Assembly (NCBI RefSeq): GCF_009914755.1
Contig: NC_060947.1
Source: the human T2T-CHM13v2.0 reference genome, Homo sapiens
Direction: 5' to 3' (one strand)
Length of the DNA stretch: 64,000 nucleotides
Position numbers and translations under genes: made by a program. How positions within the stretch are numbered: the stretch's first letter is position 1; the number at the start of each line of letters is the position of its first letter. Shown in pieces: positions 11,849 to 26,100 of this stretch. The notes beneath the pieces were generated by a model that did no database searches, had not been told where the DNA came from, and saw only the letters and a list, made by a program, of their open reading frames with translations.

Positions 11849-14500
11849 ACTTTATTGGTCTTTTTTGGCTGCTATAACACAATACCACAGAATGGGTTGT
11901 TCAAACAACAGAAATTTATTTCTCATTGTCTGGAGACCAGAAATCTGAGATTAGCGTGCCAGTATGATGCGTTCTGGTGATGATTTTTTTCCTAGTTATA
12001 GACAGTGGCCTTCTCATTGCATCCTCACATGGAAGGGAGAGCAAGCTCTCTAGTGTCTGTTACAAGGGCACTAATTCTATCAGATAAAGGCCCCACCCTT
12101 ACGAACTCATCTAATCTTAATTACTTCCTTAGAGGCCCCATCTCCAAATACAACCATGGAGGGTGTATTAGTTTTCATACTGCTATAAAGATACCACCTG
12201 AGAGTACATAATTCATAAACTAAGGAGATTTAAGTGACTCACATTTCCTCATGGCTGGGGAGGCTTTAGGAAAATTACAATCATGGCAGAAGTGGAAGCA
12301 GGCACATCTTACGTGGCGGCAGGCGAGAGAGCCAGAGAGCGAAGAAGGAACTTGCTAATAACTTACAAAACCATCAGATCTCATGAGAACTCACTCACAA
12401 TCGTGAGAACAGCATGGGTGAAACTGCCCCCCTGATTTAATCATCTCTCACCAGCTTCCTCCCTCAACACCTGGGAATTACCATATGAGATGAGATTTGG
12501 GTGGAGACATAGAGACAAACCATTTCATTCTGCCACTGGCCCCTCCCAAATCTCATGTCTTGTCACATTTCAAAACAAATTATGCCTTTCCAACAGCCCC
12601 CCAAAGTCTTAACTCATTTCAACAGTAACTCAAAAGTCCACAGTCCAAACTCACATCTGAGACAAGGCAAGTCCCTTCTACCTATGAGCCTGCAAAATCA
12701 AAAGCAAGCTAGTTACTTCCAAGACACAAAGGGGGTAAAGCCATTGATAAATGTTCTAATTGCAAATTGGAGAAATTGGCCAAAACAAAGTGGCTACAGG
12801 CCCCACGCAAGTCCGGAATCCAACAGGGCAGTCATGATATTTTAAAGCTCCAAAATGATCTCCTTTGAATCCATGTTTCACATCCAGGTCACTCTGGCAC
12901 AAGAGGTGGGTTCCCATGATCTTGGGCAGCTCTGCCCCTGTGGCTTTGCAGGGTATAGCCCCACTCTCAGCTGCTTTCACAGGCTAGCATTGAGTATCTG
13001 TGGCTTTTCCAGGTGCACAGTGCAAGCTGTCTGTGGATCTATCATTTTTGGGTCTGGAGGATGGTAGCTGCCTTCTTACATTCTAGTAGACAGTGCCTCA
13101 GTGAGGACTCTGTGTGGGGGCTCCAACCCCACATTTCCCTTCTGCACTGCCCTAGCAGAGGTTCTCCACGTGGGCTCCACCCGTGCAGCAAATTTCTGCC
13201 TGGACAATCAGTTATTTCCATAAATCCTCTGTAATCTAGGCAGAGGTCCCTAAACCTCAATTTTTGAGTTCTGTGCTCCCACAGACCCAACACCACATGG
13301 AAGCCACCAAAGCTTGGGTCTTGCACCCTCTGAAACAACAGCCCAAGCTGTACCTTGGCCCCTTTTAGCCAAGGCTGGAGCTGGAGCAGCTGGGACACAG
13401 GGCATCAATTCTTGATGCTGCACACAGCAGGGGGCCATGGGCCCTGCCCAGTGAACCAGTTTTTTCTTCTTGGCCTCTGGGCCTATGATGGGAGGGGCTG
13501 CCAGCAAGATCTCTGAAATGCCATGGAGACATTTTCCCCATTGTCTTGGTGATTAACAATAGGCTTTTCATTACTTATGCAAATTTCTGCAACTGGCTTA
13601 AATTTCTCCCAGGAAAATGGGTTTTTCTTTTCTATTGCATTGTCAGGTTGCAAATAATCTAAACTTCTATGCTCTGCTTCCTCTGGAACACTTTGCCACT
13701 TAGAAATTTCTTCTGGCAGATACCATCAATCATCTCTGTCAAGTTAAAAGTTCCACAGATCTCCAGGGCAGGGGCAAAATGCTACCAGTCTCTTTGCTAA
13801 ACATAGCAAGAGTGATTTTTACTCTAGTTCCCAATAAGTTTCTCATCTCCACCCGAGACCACCTCAGCCTGGACTTCACTGTTCACATCACTATCCACAT
13901 TTTGGTCAAAACCATACAACGAGTCTCTAGGAAGCTCCGAACTTTCTCACATCTTCCTGCCTTCTTCTGAGCCCTCCAAACTGTTCCAACCTCTGCCCAT
14001 TACCCAGTTCCAAAGTCACTTTCACATTTTCAAGTATCTTTATAGCAGCGCCCCACTCTGTGCTATCAATTTACTGAATTAGTCCATTTTCACACTGCTA
14101 TAAAGATATTCTCAAGACGAGGTAATTCATGAACAAAGGAAGTTTAATCAACTCACAGTTCTGCATGTCTCGGGACACCTCAGGAAACTTACAATCATGG
14201 TGGAAGGGAAAGCAGGCACATCTTACATGGTGGCAGTTGAGAGAGCCAGCAAGCGGATGAGAAACTTACCAAACACTTACAATACCATCGGATCTCGTGA
14301 GAATTCACTTATTATCATGATAACAGCATGAGAGAAACCACCCCCATTATCCAGATCATCCCCCACCAGATTCCCCTCTCAACACCTGCGGATTACAATT
14401 CGAGATGGTATTTGGGTGGGGATACAGAGCCAAACCATATCAGGGGGATTAGGGCTTCCACATATGGATTTTGGGAAGACATAAATATGTAGTCTGTGTC
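11849..14500 (-). mobile_element. MLT1A0-like LTR, split by a THE1D provirus (pieces 11849-12163 and 14443-14500)
   Basis: ggctgctataacacaataccacaga...aacaacagaaatttatttctca; resumes gggattagggcttccacatatggattttggg. Confidence 0.75.
12164..14442 (-). mobile_element. THE1D-like MaLR full provirus (LTRs 12164-12527 and 14075-14442)
   Basis: Two similar LTRs flank an antisense THE1/MST internal region; TSD gaggg/ggggg. Confidence 0.92.
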
Positions 14501-14514
14501 TCTCGTGCTGCATA

Positions 14515-16135
14515 CTGAGTCATGTGCTGCATACCAATATTTCAGTCAATGATGCACTGCATATACTATGGTGTTTTCCTAAGATTATAATAGAGCTGAA
14601 AAGTTCCTTTTGCCTAGTAACATTGTAGCAGAATGCAATACTCATATGTTTGTGATAATTCTGGTATAAACAAACCTACTCTACTACCAGTAATATAAAT
14701 GTGTAGCTCATACAATTATGTGTAGTAAATAATATTTGATGATGACAACAAACAAATATGTTGCTGGTTGTATATTGTGAAAGGAAAATAAATCTTGGGA
14801 CCCCAAAATTACTAAGCTAAAGAAAAAAGTTAAGCTGGGAACTGCTTAGGGCAAAACTGCCTCCCATTCGATTCAAAGTCATTTTTCTGCTCACTGAGAT
14901 AAATGTGTATCTGATTGCCTCCTTTGGAAAGGCTAATCAGAAACTCAAAAGAATGCAACAATTTGTCTCATCTACCTGTGACATGGAAGCCCCTTCCTTT
15001 GCTTTGAGTTGTCCCGCCTTTCTGAACTGAACCATTGTTCATCTTACATATATTGATGGATGTTTTGTGTTTCCCTAAAATGTATAAAACCAGCTGTACC
15101 CCGACCACCTCAGGCACATGTCATCAGGACCTCCTGAGGCTGTGTCATGGGTGTGCATCCTTAACTTTGGCAAAATAAACTTCCTAATTGTCTGAGACCT
15201 GTTTCAGATATTTGGGGTTCACAGTATTCACCATGCTATCCGTAATTTTCATCACGATTTTAGAATGTACTTCTTCTGGAATAATGTTAACTATAAAACA
15301 GTCTGAGGTCAGTCCTTCAGGAGGTATTTCAGAAGAAGTCATTGTTATCATAAAAGATGACAGCTCCATTCCTGTTATTGCCACTGAAAAACTTACAGTG
15401 GGACAAGTTGTGGAGGTGGACAACAGTGATACTGACAATCCTGACCCTGTGTAGCCCTAGGCAAATGTGTGTTTATGTCTTTAAAGAAAAAGTTTAAAAA
15501 GTGCAATAAATTTAAAAATAGAGGAAAGCTTATAGAATAAGGATATAAATAATTAAGATATGTTTGTACAGCTGTGTAATGTGTTTAGTTTTTAAGCTAA
15601 ATGTTATTATGAAGGATTTAAAAAGTTGAAAGTGTGTAACGTAAAAAAGTTACAGCAAGATAAGGTTAATTTATTATTGAAGGAAGAAAACTGTTTTAAT
15701 ATATTTAGTGTAGTCTAAGTGTTCAATTTTTATAAAGTCTGTAGTAGTTCACAGTAAGGCCTTCACATCCATTCACCACTCATTCACAGACTCACCCAGA
15801 CTAATTTCCAGTCCTGTAAGCTCCATTCATGGTAAGTTCCCTATACAAGTGTGCCATATTTATCTTTTATACCATACATTTACTTTAAGTTTTCTATGTT
15901 TAGGTACACAAATACTTTCCATTGTCTTACAATTGCCTAAGTATTTAGTACAGTAAAATGCTGTACATGTCGTGGCCTGGGAGAAATAGGCTGTACCGTA
16001 TAGCTTAGGTATATGGTATGCTATACCATCTAGGTTTGTGTATGTACACTCTATGATGTTTACCCAATGATGAAAGCTGCCTAACAACACATTTCTCAAA
16101 ACACATTCCCATAGTTAAGTGATGCATCATTGTAT
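14515..16135. mobile_element. Tigger3b (Golem/MER7) non-autonomous DNA transposon, split by a MER4A LTR
   Basis: Termini gagtcatgtgctgcata and gttaagtgatgcatcattgta; characteristic ccatctaggtttgtgtatgtacactctatgatg. Confidence 0.8.
14776..15223 (+). mobile_element. MER4A/MER4A1 ERV1 solo LTR
   Basis: Starts tgtgaaaggaaaataaatcttgggaccccaaaat; ends ggggttcaca; 4-bp TSD atat/gtat. Confidence 0.88.
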
Positions 16136-16349
16136 ATGTACAGATTCCTACAAATCGAGATGAAAACAGAAACAGAAACGAGCTAATAAAAAATCATGCA
16201 AGTGTTTAATAACTTTAATAAGAAATGATTCAGAGGATAAGCATACGAATAACTAGTAAACACATAGAAAGGTTAATTGCATTTGTATCCTGGAAAATGC
16301 AAAGTTTTTCTTATTCGTGTTTGTAAATATACAAATGATTCTCATGCAA

Positions 16350-16830
16350 GAAATATTAGCGGTAAATGACACTCCTGACTTGTTTGGTGCTAGATACTAT
16401 GCTAAACACTTTACCTGAATTATTTCATGTTATTGTGAAACAGCATTTTGAGATACACATCCTTAACCCCAAGCTACAGATGGGGAATCTGAGAACCAGT
16501 GAGGTTAGGTAGGATGTACTGCTTAAAGTCATATAGGTTACAAATAGTAAATCTGAGCCAGAACCTGGATCTAGATCACACACTTCTGTGGCCTCTCATT
16601 AGTGACAGCAACAGCAAATACATTCAGTAGGTAGTAGACTCTGTTCTAAACACTTAACATGAATTAATGAATTTAATTCTACAACAGGCTTATTACGTAG
16701 TTGATATATGACTATTATCTCCATTTTGCTGATGAGAAAATAGAGGCAGAGAGCGCATAAATAGCAGTCAGTAGAATCAAAATTTCAATCCTGGAAGACT
16801 GACTCCAAAGTCCACAGCCATAATCCACAC
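16350..16830 (-). mobile_element. Two adjacent MIR copies
   Basis: acagatggggaatctgagaacc and ccattttgctgatgagaaaatagaggcaga antisense MIR cores. Confidence 0.7.
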
Positions 16831-17032
16831 TAAAATGCAAAAAGCTAAAACCTGCTGCTTGGGGAGATTCAGAGTCTAAAATAGAAATTTGTCTTTGACC
16901 TTTAAAAAAATATTTTTTCAGGCATAGGCACAGACAAGTATGTTATTCTGCACTGTCACATATTAGGGTGTGTTATCATTGGGAGAAAACAACAGCTCTT
17001 ATTGACAGGATTAAAAAACAAATGATAAGTGA

Positions 17033-17449
<417 letters not shown>

Positions 17450-18699
17450 TCAACTCGAATACATTCTCAGTGACTTCCCTGCAACTTTCTGCATTAACTC
17501 AGTGGTAGTAAATAGTTTGCCAGCTATTGACAAACGTTAATAAATTGTTCTACATCAAGAGCGACAAATGTTCCTCACCTGCATATTACACAGTGGTGGC
17601 AAAAGTGAAAAAATAAAACCATGTAATCCTTGTGCTCTCTAATCAGTTGAGGATGAAGTTAATTTGAGACCTTTTGGAATGAGAAGCCAGGTTTTTGCCA
17701 AACAGCAATCAAAAAAGCATTACCCTTTTGCTGCTGACAGGAAAGTTCAAAAATTCCATCATGTTCCAGTTTCTCAGCAGTTGATAAAGGTTAATAAAAC
17801 AAGGTTTTAGGAGGGTAGCGTTTGTACATTTTTTATGCTCTTAAAGGACAGTTCTCATTAGCTCCACATGGCTGAGTTCTCATACTCTTCTCATATTTCA
17901 ACTGCAGCGTGTCCCTACTTCCTGCTTTGCATGGACCAATAAACTGTGGATAGAGCTCCCAATTCTGATAGCTGAGAAGAGAGATGAAGCCCTTTAAGTA
18001 ATCTTAGCCAGTGACAGTAAATGGGTAAGAGGAGTTAAGGTTTGCACTAAAGTCTCATGGGAAGAGAACGTCTGTTTTGTGGAATTATAAACATCAAATT
18101 AGAATGGGCAATTGATTATTTTGTAGAATTCCCGAGGTAGTTGGGTAGCAAATTTTTTATGGGATTTTACAAATGGCAAGTAATTTCTTCCCGGATGAGG
18201 AAATGTTATATCTCATATTTAACAATGTCTGTATGTTTCATTCTCTTATACCTCAGCAATTTGATATTTAAATGTGATTAATACTGTTGTTTCAGAAAGT
18301 ATTATATTAATTTTCAAATTATTTTGAGAATATGCTACATGGCAAAATACTATACCTTGAAGAAAATAAGTGCACTCTTCGCTTACAAAAAAATAAAAAC
18401 TATGAGTGTACAAAAATAACTTATTTCTGAGTAATTATATTTTTTTCTAACTTAATTTCTCTGGACTTCAGTTTTTCATCTTCAGAATGTGAACATAGTG
18501 CATATATTTCTGGTTTCATAGGGAGGATTAGAGGAACTCTTTCATATAAAATTCTTATACTGTATAGTGCGTAATAAGCACTCAAATATTAACTGTTAGT
18601 ACTGTCATTTTGGTATATTTATTATTATTAGGTAGTTTAGTAGCTTATTAGATAAGGTTTATGCAGGTAACAAAATACATATGGACCTCGGCAGCTCAT

Positions 18700-19450
18700 T
18701 TGGAAACTATTTCTCATAATATATTGTAGACAATATGAAGAAATATAAGCATGATTGTGTTTCTAACTGGCCGCATTATAGCTGATTGTACTGTAATACA
18801 ACTAGAGAGAGATTTATAATTGTATACCACAGGACACTAGCCCAAACCTTGTCTTGATTATGGTTATTTTCAGTGAGTTAGATAAAGCAGTTAAGTGTTT
18901 GCTTATCAAATTCATGGATAAAGTTGTAAGGGAGAACAAATAGTTTTGGTGAGGGAATTAGAATCTAAAAACATATTGACAAGCTGGGATGATAGACAAA
19001 ATATATCAGAATGAAATTTAATAAAAATTGATATAAATCTACACCCTTGAGATCAAAAATCTAATACACATATTCATGTTTGGGGGCATCATTTCATAGC
19101 AGCACTTGCAGAAGACGGTTTAGTGTCAGTGGTAAACTCAGTGTGAATCACAGTATAATTTGTGTCATTTTCCAAAAGAATGTATGCTATCTTAGACTGC
19201 ATGAATGAATGCTATCTTAGACTGCATAAATGAAAGTATAGTGACTAAAATGAGAGAGACACTTCACTTCACTTTGTCCAATAGTAATTAACAGTCTATT
19301 CAGTTTGGAGAGGTGTTAAAATGTTTAAAGTGAATAATAAGAAATGAAGACTATTCAGAGTAGAATGATTTTCCAACATGATGGAAGGAACTGAGGCTAT
19401 CTAACCTTGAGAGGGACGACTAAGGAGGGACAGGGCACCTGCACTCTGAA
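18700..19450 (+). mobile_element. L3/CR1 LINE RT fragment
   Basis: Translates to IRI*KHIDKLG**TKYIRMKFNK, matching the CR1 motif LQxDLDxLxxWxxxxxMKFN. Contains a 25-bp local duplication near 19184-19233. Confidence 0.7.
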
Positions 19451-19799
19451 GATCAGTTATGTGTGTGATTGTTGGACATTTAAAACATAAGAATAATGTT
19501 CTGCCATTCTGTTGTCTTCCACTGAGGGGTAAAACATAAAAAAACACAATCGTTAAGAGTCTTAAGTGTGAGTGCTGTAAAGGCAGAAAAACAAAGGGCT
19601 AGAAAATGATAGCAGTAAGAGAGTTGTTACTTTATTTTAGGTTACCAGGAAAGACCTTCTGAGGAGGTGAGTTTTGAGATAAGAGCTGAAAGATGAGTAA
19701 ATGAAATAAAGATATTCCAGGAAACAAGAATAACAAAAATGGTTTTATTGGTTTGTTTAAGGAATACATTTAGGCCAGTGTGGATGATGATTAGGAAGA

Positions 19800-20280
19800 G
19801 AAGGACAAAGTTGTTACACACAAACACACAATGTAAAAAGTACATAATGTTTTATTTTTTGTGGGTTCTTTTTACGGAAAACCCACAATATATTATATGT
19901 CTCCTAAATCTTGAGTAACAAACCATGTTAGTATATATGACTTTATTCTTGAACAACTTTCTGCCTATTCTTCCACGTTATGGATATATTATTTTATTAT
20001 TGGATATATCATTTTATTATTCATAGCCCTTTGCTAATTTCTATTTTTTGTTAAAAATTTCACCCGTTTTCTCATTTATTGAGTAGTCTATCATTTTCTT
20101 AATGATTTATTGAAGATTTTTATATGCTGGATAGTAATCCTTTGTCTAGTATATGCATTGAAAATATATTTTCCTAGTTAGTGATTTGCCTCTTCACTTT
20201 ATTAAGTCTTTTCAAGAAAAGAAGTTCTTATATGTAATGTAGTAAAATTTATTATTGTTTTCTTTTAGCAATTGTTTTGA
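19800..20280 (-). mobile_element. Old L1 (L1M) fragment
   Basis: tatatgctggatagtaatcctttgtctagtatatgcattgaaaatatattttcc is antisense L1 ORF2 3' region. Confidence 0.7.
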
Positions 20281-22022
20281 ATGTATGGAAAATGTGATTA
20301 TAGACAAGATCATATAGGGAGAAAATGTACAGAGAAAAGAGAGGGAAGCTAAGACCAGGTCTTGAAATCATGATTTACAGTCTCCATTTTGTGTTCCAGA
20401 TGAAACATTTGAGAAAAGCCCAATTTATTTTCCTTCGAAGATAACTTGTATTCCTGCTCAGATGGTTGTAAATTTTTGTGCTTGTACCTCAAAAACAGTT
20501 TGCCAGTTTATGGCCAACCCCGGTTGTCTTTTCACTGACTTTTCTTATCACATGATGATACTCTTCAAAGTATTTATTCAGCTTTTCCACCAGTTCAGAA
20601 ACAATGATGCCTTGGATTAGATAGCTTCAGTTCCATGACTTCTTGTTTCTTCTTCTAGACACTGCATACCTGGATCTGTCCATATCTACAATCCTCTCTC
20701 ATCATTTTCATTTCTTCATTCTCTATCTCTACATTGTGGTGAAGTTTCTTAAGCTTGTCATTCTCATTGCTAGCTTGACTGGTGATGTTTTTATTTTGTC
20801 TCTTTATTGCTTCAAGCAAAGGTTTTCATTTTGCCATTAAAATTTGATGTTGTTTTTAAATAGTTTTTGTTCATTTTTTCATTTAACCAGCTGGAGGCTC
20901 CTTGTACTTCTCAGTGTTTTGACTTATCTTTACTTCTTATTTCATAGTCTTTTCAAAAAATTGTATTAATAAAGCAAAACTTTACCCTCTTATTTCTGCC
21001 AATAAGTAATGCCCTTGTATAAAATAAGTATATTAATGTCTCTTTAGTCTATTTTCTGTTTTATCACCATAATTGTCACTTGTCTTAATTCCTAGTAATG
21101 GATGCAGACTAACTTCAAGCTAAACTACTAATTATAGCTTTTATCATTAGCTAAAATGCTTCGAGTTTATGTTTCTTTAATATGTTTATCAACATAGTTT
21201 TATACTATATACATAGAATCTGAATGTACTGTTTAATTTTTTGTTTCTTCCAACCCTCAAGAAATGATAATATTATGTTATAGGGTAGAAGAAACTGAAT
21301 TTAGGTGTAGGAATATACCACTTTTCAAGGGATTATCTTAGTGCTAAATAGGCAGAGTGAGTGGGAAATCCACGATATTCAGACCCAGGCTGTTCAGATA
21401 AATCTCCGCAAGGGGAAAGCCTCAGTGGTGTGGATCAAACCCAGATGAATAATTACACTTTAACAAATTAGATAATATTTTTCTCATAGGAAATTGTGGA
21501 GAAAACAGTAGTGTATATCTGCAAGATTAAGAATGGGAGGCCACCTGATAAAGAGTCTAGATAATCAATAGTCCCTTTATTAAAAGACTTTGACTTCTCA
21601 CAATTAATATAATAGCCAGGGCAAAAATTCTCAGATTATCATTCTTTGCACAGCATATAGTACGGTACTTTCACACGCACTCATTAAATCCTTTTTTGAC
21701 AATTAGTGATAATGGTAGGGATGATCCAGACAAAATGAAATATCACCAAGTGACCAGTTAAAGACAGAAACAGCCAATCAAATTCCACTAATATTGACTG
21801 AATACATACTGGGCTGCAAGCTCTGTGCTGAATGGGAGGGTGCAAGACTTGGTGAGAACACATTTTTGCCCCCCTGGGAAGATCTCATAAAAGACGTTCT
21901 TGGTGCCCTTCACTTTTACGTTTTCATCTTCATGCATGCTTCTCTCTTTTCTTTTTTTCAGGAGGAAACATTAAAAATCTGATGTAGCACAGAAAGAAAT
22001 AAAATATATCTTTTACTTATAG

Positions 22023-22246
22023 CATTGGTTAGCAAACCATAGCCTATGGGCTAAATCTTGTCTGCTACCAGCTTTTGTCAATAAAGCTTTTTTGAGCATG
22101 AAGATACGCCCATTAATTTATGTATTTTCTGTGGTTGCTTTTGTGCTATGATAGTGGAAATGAGTAGTTGGCACAGAGACTATATGGCCCACAAAGCTAA
22201 AAAAAATTACTATCTGGCTTTTTACAAAAAAGTTTGGTGATCCCCT
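22023..22246 (+). mobile_element. MER58A hAT-Charlie MITE
   Basis: gcaaaccatagcctatgggctaaatc...tggcccacaaagctaaaa...tactatctggctttttacaaaaaagtttg. Confidence 0.8.
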
Positions 22247-22519
22247 CAAAAAACTGTTAGTCTACATTGTCCGATAGAATTCCATCCACCTTCAGTGGCC
22301 AGTATTCATATCTTGTTAAATTTTATGTGTATCTTCCAAACTCACTTGTATATCCCCTCTTTTATTATTCTCATTTGTGCCCATAAATAAGGTAGTTCAA
22401 ATGAACACATTAATTGATTGAAATTATCACATGTCCACATTACTGGGTAAAATTGCCTGTATGTGCCAATGGAATATATCATTACCAAGAAGAGCATTGT
22501 TTTAGCTTTGCCATGTATA

Positions 22520-22978
22520 TTCTGACTCTGTCGTCTTTTACTTTGCCCGCTACCCCTGTGCTTTAGCTACACTGGCCTTTTCTTGGAACTTGAGAAGCAT
22601 GATCATTTTGGATGTACATTTTGCAGTGTATATTTTGGGACTGTACACTTGCCCTTCTCTGTGCCTGGGATGCTTTTAACTCCCTTGTTTGTTCAACTCT
22701 CTCTTATGTTCAAATATTACTTTCACTGAAAGGCTTTCCTTGACCACCTAATCTATAATAGCCCCTCTCTTTCCCAGAACTCTCACTTTAAAACACTCAG
22801 TGACCCCTATTATTTGCTGATATTATATGGAATAATAATTTCTTGTGTCTCCCTACCCAAGTGTTGTCTCCATTAGAATAGAGACATTTTATTTGACTCG
22901 ATGTTATATTCCCACAGCTTATAACAGTGCTAGGAATTTCATAGGTACTCAACCAATATTTATAGAATGAATGAGTAG
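22520..22978 (+). mobile_element. L2 3' end
   Basis: Ends acagtgctaggaatttcataggtactcaaccaatatttatagaatgaatga. Confidence 0.75.
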
Positions 22979-23009
22979 TTGGATCTAATAAATACATTAA
23001 AGAGATAGT

Positions 23010-23222
23010 ATATCTAAGTGGTTAGGTAATTATAGCTGACATAAATTTAACTTCTAAGTGACCTTGAACAAGTTACTTTTCTGAACCTCAGTTTCCTCAT
23101 TTGAAAAATTGGGATAATAACAGTACTTATCCTCTCAGAGTTTCTGTATGAATTAAAGAGTATATGGAAAAGTTCAAACATATTGTATAGTGTTATAAGT
23201 GCTTAAAGAAGAAAATTATTAC
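23010..23222 (+). mobile_element. MIR SINE
   Basis: gtgaccttgaacaagttacttttctgaacctcagtttcctcatttgaaaaattggg. Confidence 0.8.
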
Positions 23223-23761
23223 CATTAATGTGGTAATTCTTGGCATTACCAAAATGCCAAGGATAATCAGGAAAGCTTTAACACAGAAAGCTTAATGCTA
23301 GCTATTGGAAAATGCATTTTTTATCATAAATAAGATTATGTTACATCAGCCAATCTGTGATCTTGCAAGTTAGTGTTGTCACAAATTGAATCCTTGGAAG
23401 TGGGAATATTAAGTTATTGTATTCAAAAATATTTATTGAGAGCCTAAACTCTGTGTTAGGTACTGTTGAGCAAATTTTTGACGATAATTTTCTCTGTGTA
23501 TTTTTTTTTTTTTTTGCCAGTCTCTTCTGATATGTTCACCAAAGAAAGCGATCCCTTAGCCCAGATCTTGGCAAGAACCAGTGTCAAAGGGATGTTCATC
23601 CAGTAATCCTGAATTGTTGGACACCCAAGAAGAGAATCAAGATGAAAATCTGTGCAGTTCTGTGAGATTTCTGTAGTACTTTGTTCTGCTTACACTTCAA
23701 AAGCAAGCTAGACTTTCAACTTAGTATAGCATTGTCATTTCCACTGATGTATTTCCTGAGT

Positions 23762-23873
23762 ATAGATACCAACTCTCCTGATTTCCTCAGGACTAAAGGA
23801 GTTTCTGGGACAAGAAAATTATAGTTTTAAAAACAGGACAGCCCCAGCAAACTGGGACAAGTTGGTCACACTA
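23762..23873. mobile_element. MER94-like hAT-Blackjack MITE
   Basis: Inverted termini ...accaactctcctg / ctgggacaagttggtcacacta. Confidence 0.6.
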
Positions 23874-24707
23874 TGCATGAGGATGTGTATATATGCATAT
23901 TTTTATGTATGCTAATTCATATTATAATTTACATACCATATTTATACTAGGAATCAGGTGTGTTAAATCCCATGATACACATATGTTTATACTCCAAAAT
24001 CTATGTAATTACCATCTATTTCTAAAAAACATTCTAGAAACAAAAGTAATTATGAAAGGCTATTTTACTATATTTTGGACCATATATCATCATACCATAT
24101 TTAGGACCTCATTTGTTAAGGCTAACTACCTGAATATCTTGAGCAGCCACAAGTTTAGCCCATTTCATGGGACTCATTATAGCAAGTGTTCATTTCTCCC
24201 ACCCTCTGTTCATGTCCCCAGTTATATGAACAGGAATTTTTTGTTAGAATAGAACAAATTCTTTATTTTTGCTATGTTACAGATAATGGAAAAGCTTGCA
24301 TACATGGCCACTTTGGAGGATAGACACTTTTCCTCATTTAACAAAATAGTGTGAATACATAAGACCATGCCATCATTTTTATTAATCAAAGCTGTTACCT
24401 TTTCTGAAAGAATTGTTCTATTTCCTTGAGCTCATTGTGATGAATCTTGAGTCTCCCCTCAAGAATTAAGCTGTGTTCTGGAAGATGAAAAGCAGCCCTC
24501 CCCAAAGTTATACCAAGACATATTGGAATATGCTTTTCTATTATATCTAGATATCTGGATGGAAAAATTAGACTGGGGATTTATTTTAAAAAGAGAGACA
24601 TTTCATACTTGGTATTTGAAAATACGCTAGCACAGCTCTTGGAAATAAACAGTAATCTAACAATTCTGGTATGATATCCTACTGCCCAATGTTGTTTCTT
24701 CTTTTTA

Positions 24708-24741
24708 TTGGATTGGTGCAATTACTTTTGCACCAACATAA
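24708..24741. mobile_element. Internally deleted MADE1 (Hsmar1 MITE) relic
   Basis: ttggattggtgcaattacttttgcaccaacataa matches both MADE1 TIR ends and is flanked by TA. Confidence 0.65.
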
Positions 24742-25919
24742 TATATTTTGATTACACTTTTCTGCCACTGTTTTCTTGATGTGAGCGATGCCATTTGAGA
24801 ATTGCAAGCTTCTTGAAGACAGATAACTAGTTTATGCTTGTGTTCCCAGCGGTTAGCATGACGTCTGGTAAAGGAAGGTATTCAAGAAATGTTAGTTAAA
24901 TCTATAAAGAAGAAAATATAGGGTAAAATGATTCCCCAAGAATGTGTATATTTTATCCAGAAAATTTCAAATCCAACAGTAGCTATGTAGATTTACATAC
25001 ACAAAGCATTGAACATCCCCAATGATCTCATTGAATCTCAAGATTTTACCAAGGCCAATTTTAGTAGCTTTGTTTCTGGGTGATTTTGTCTGGTCAATAT
25101 ACAGAAATAAGAATGATAATGAAAGTGATAATGATAGGAATAATAATAGGAAGAGTAGTGACTTTTTGTCTTTGTGTATCAATTCATTCAACAAATTTGA
25201 CCAAGTGCCTGCTACATGCCAAAGCCCTTTTGGTGCTGTGAGTAAAATGGTGAGTACGACAAAGTTCCTCCTCTCAAGGAGGTTACAGTCTTTAGCTTTC
25301 TTTTGAGCTCCATTTCCATCATCCTATGTGCCAAATGAATATTTATGCCTCAATGTTCCATAGTGATCTCAAACTCAAAGTGTTTAAAACTGACTTCTCT
25401 CCCCCTACCAAACCAAATCCTCCCGTATTTTTTACTTTAGAGTAAATCCCATGAGGGCAGGGATAATGTATATCTTACTCTTCCTGTGTATAATTGGTGC
25501 CTCCTATGGAGTCTGACCTATAGAAGATTTTCAATAAATGTTTGTTCTGAGGCAACGTCTTACCACCACCCCCCTCACTGCCCAATAGAGACAAATCCTA
25601 TGGCTTCTAAATTCTTATAATCTCCTCTCCACATCTAATATAGCAGCCTTCACAGACAATTCTGTACCAAATTGTCCACGCGTGCATTTATATTTACTCT
25701 TAAATTGGAAGCTCTTTGGGAATAAAACCTGTCTAAATTATCTGTCATTACCACAGATCCCTGAATATTGTAAAATAACAGTAGATGCTTATTGAGTTAA
25801 GTAATGTTCAAAATACCTCAGTTCAAAAAACTTCAGTATATGGTGACTGAGTACTTATTTTTAAGGAATTCTAGTGGCCTTAGTATTGATGATTCTGTAG
25901 GATCACTCTAGAGAAATAA

Positions 25920-26100
25920 TAGCAATAATAATAATATGTATTATCTATGATGACACAGGCAAAGTGTCAAGCATAGTGTTAAGTGCTTTACTTAACTACT
26001 GTACAAAATATTCCCCAAATTTATTATAACATCCATTTTATAGATGAGAAGACTGAAACAAAGATAAGGCAAGTGACTTACTTAAGTTCATGCAAATGGG
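25920..26100 (-). mobile_element. MIR SINE
   Basis: ccattttatagatgagaagactgaaacaaagataaggcaagtgactt. Confidence 0.7.

Noticed and set aside
12555-13970. Cluster of overlapping ORFs
   Set aside because: THE1D internal sequence, equivalent to the copy at 7.5-9 kb.
15188-15454. 88-aa ORF with a hydrophobic, signal-like N-terminus
   Set aside because: It spans the MER4A LTR/Tigger3b junction and starts at a non-ATG codon, so it is a chance frame.
23893-24252. 119-aa ORF
   Set aside because: AT-rich low-complexity composition, no recognisable motif and no supporting splice or promoter signals.
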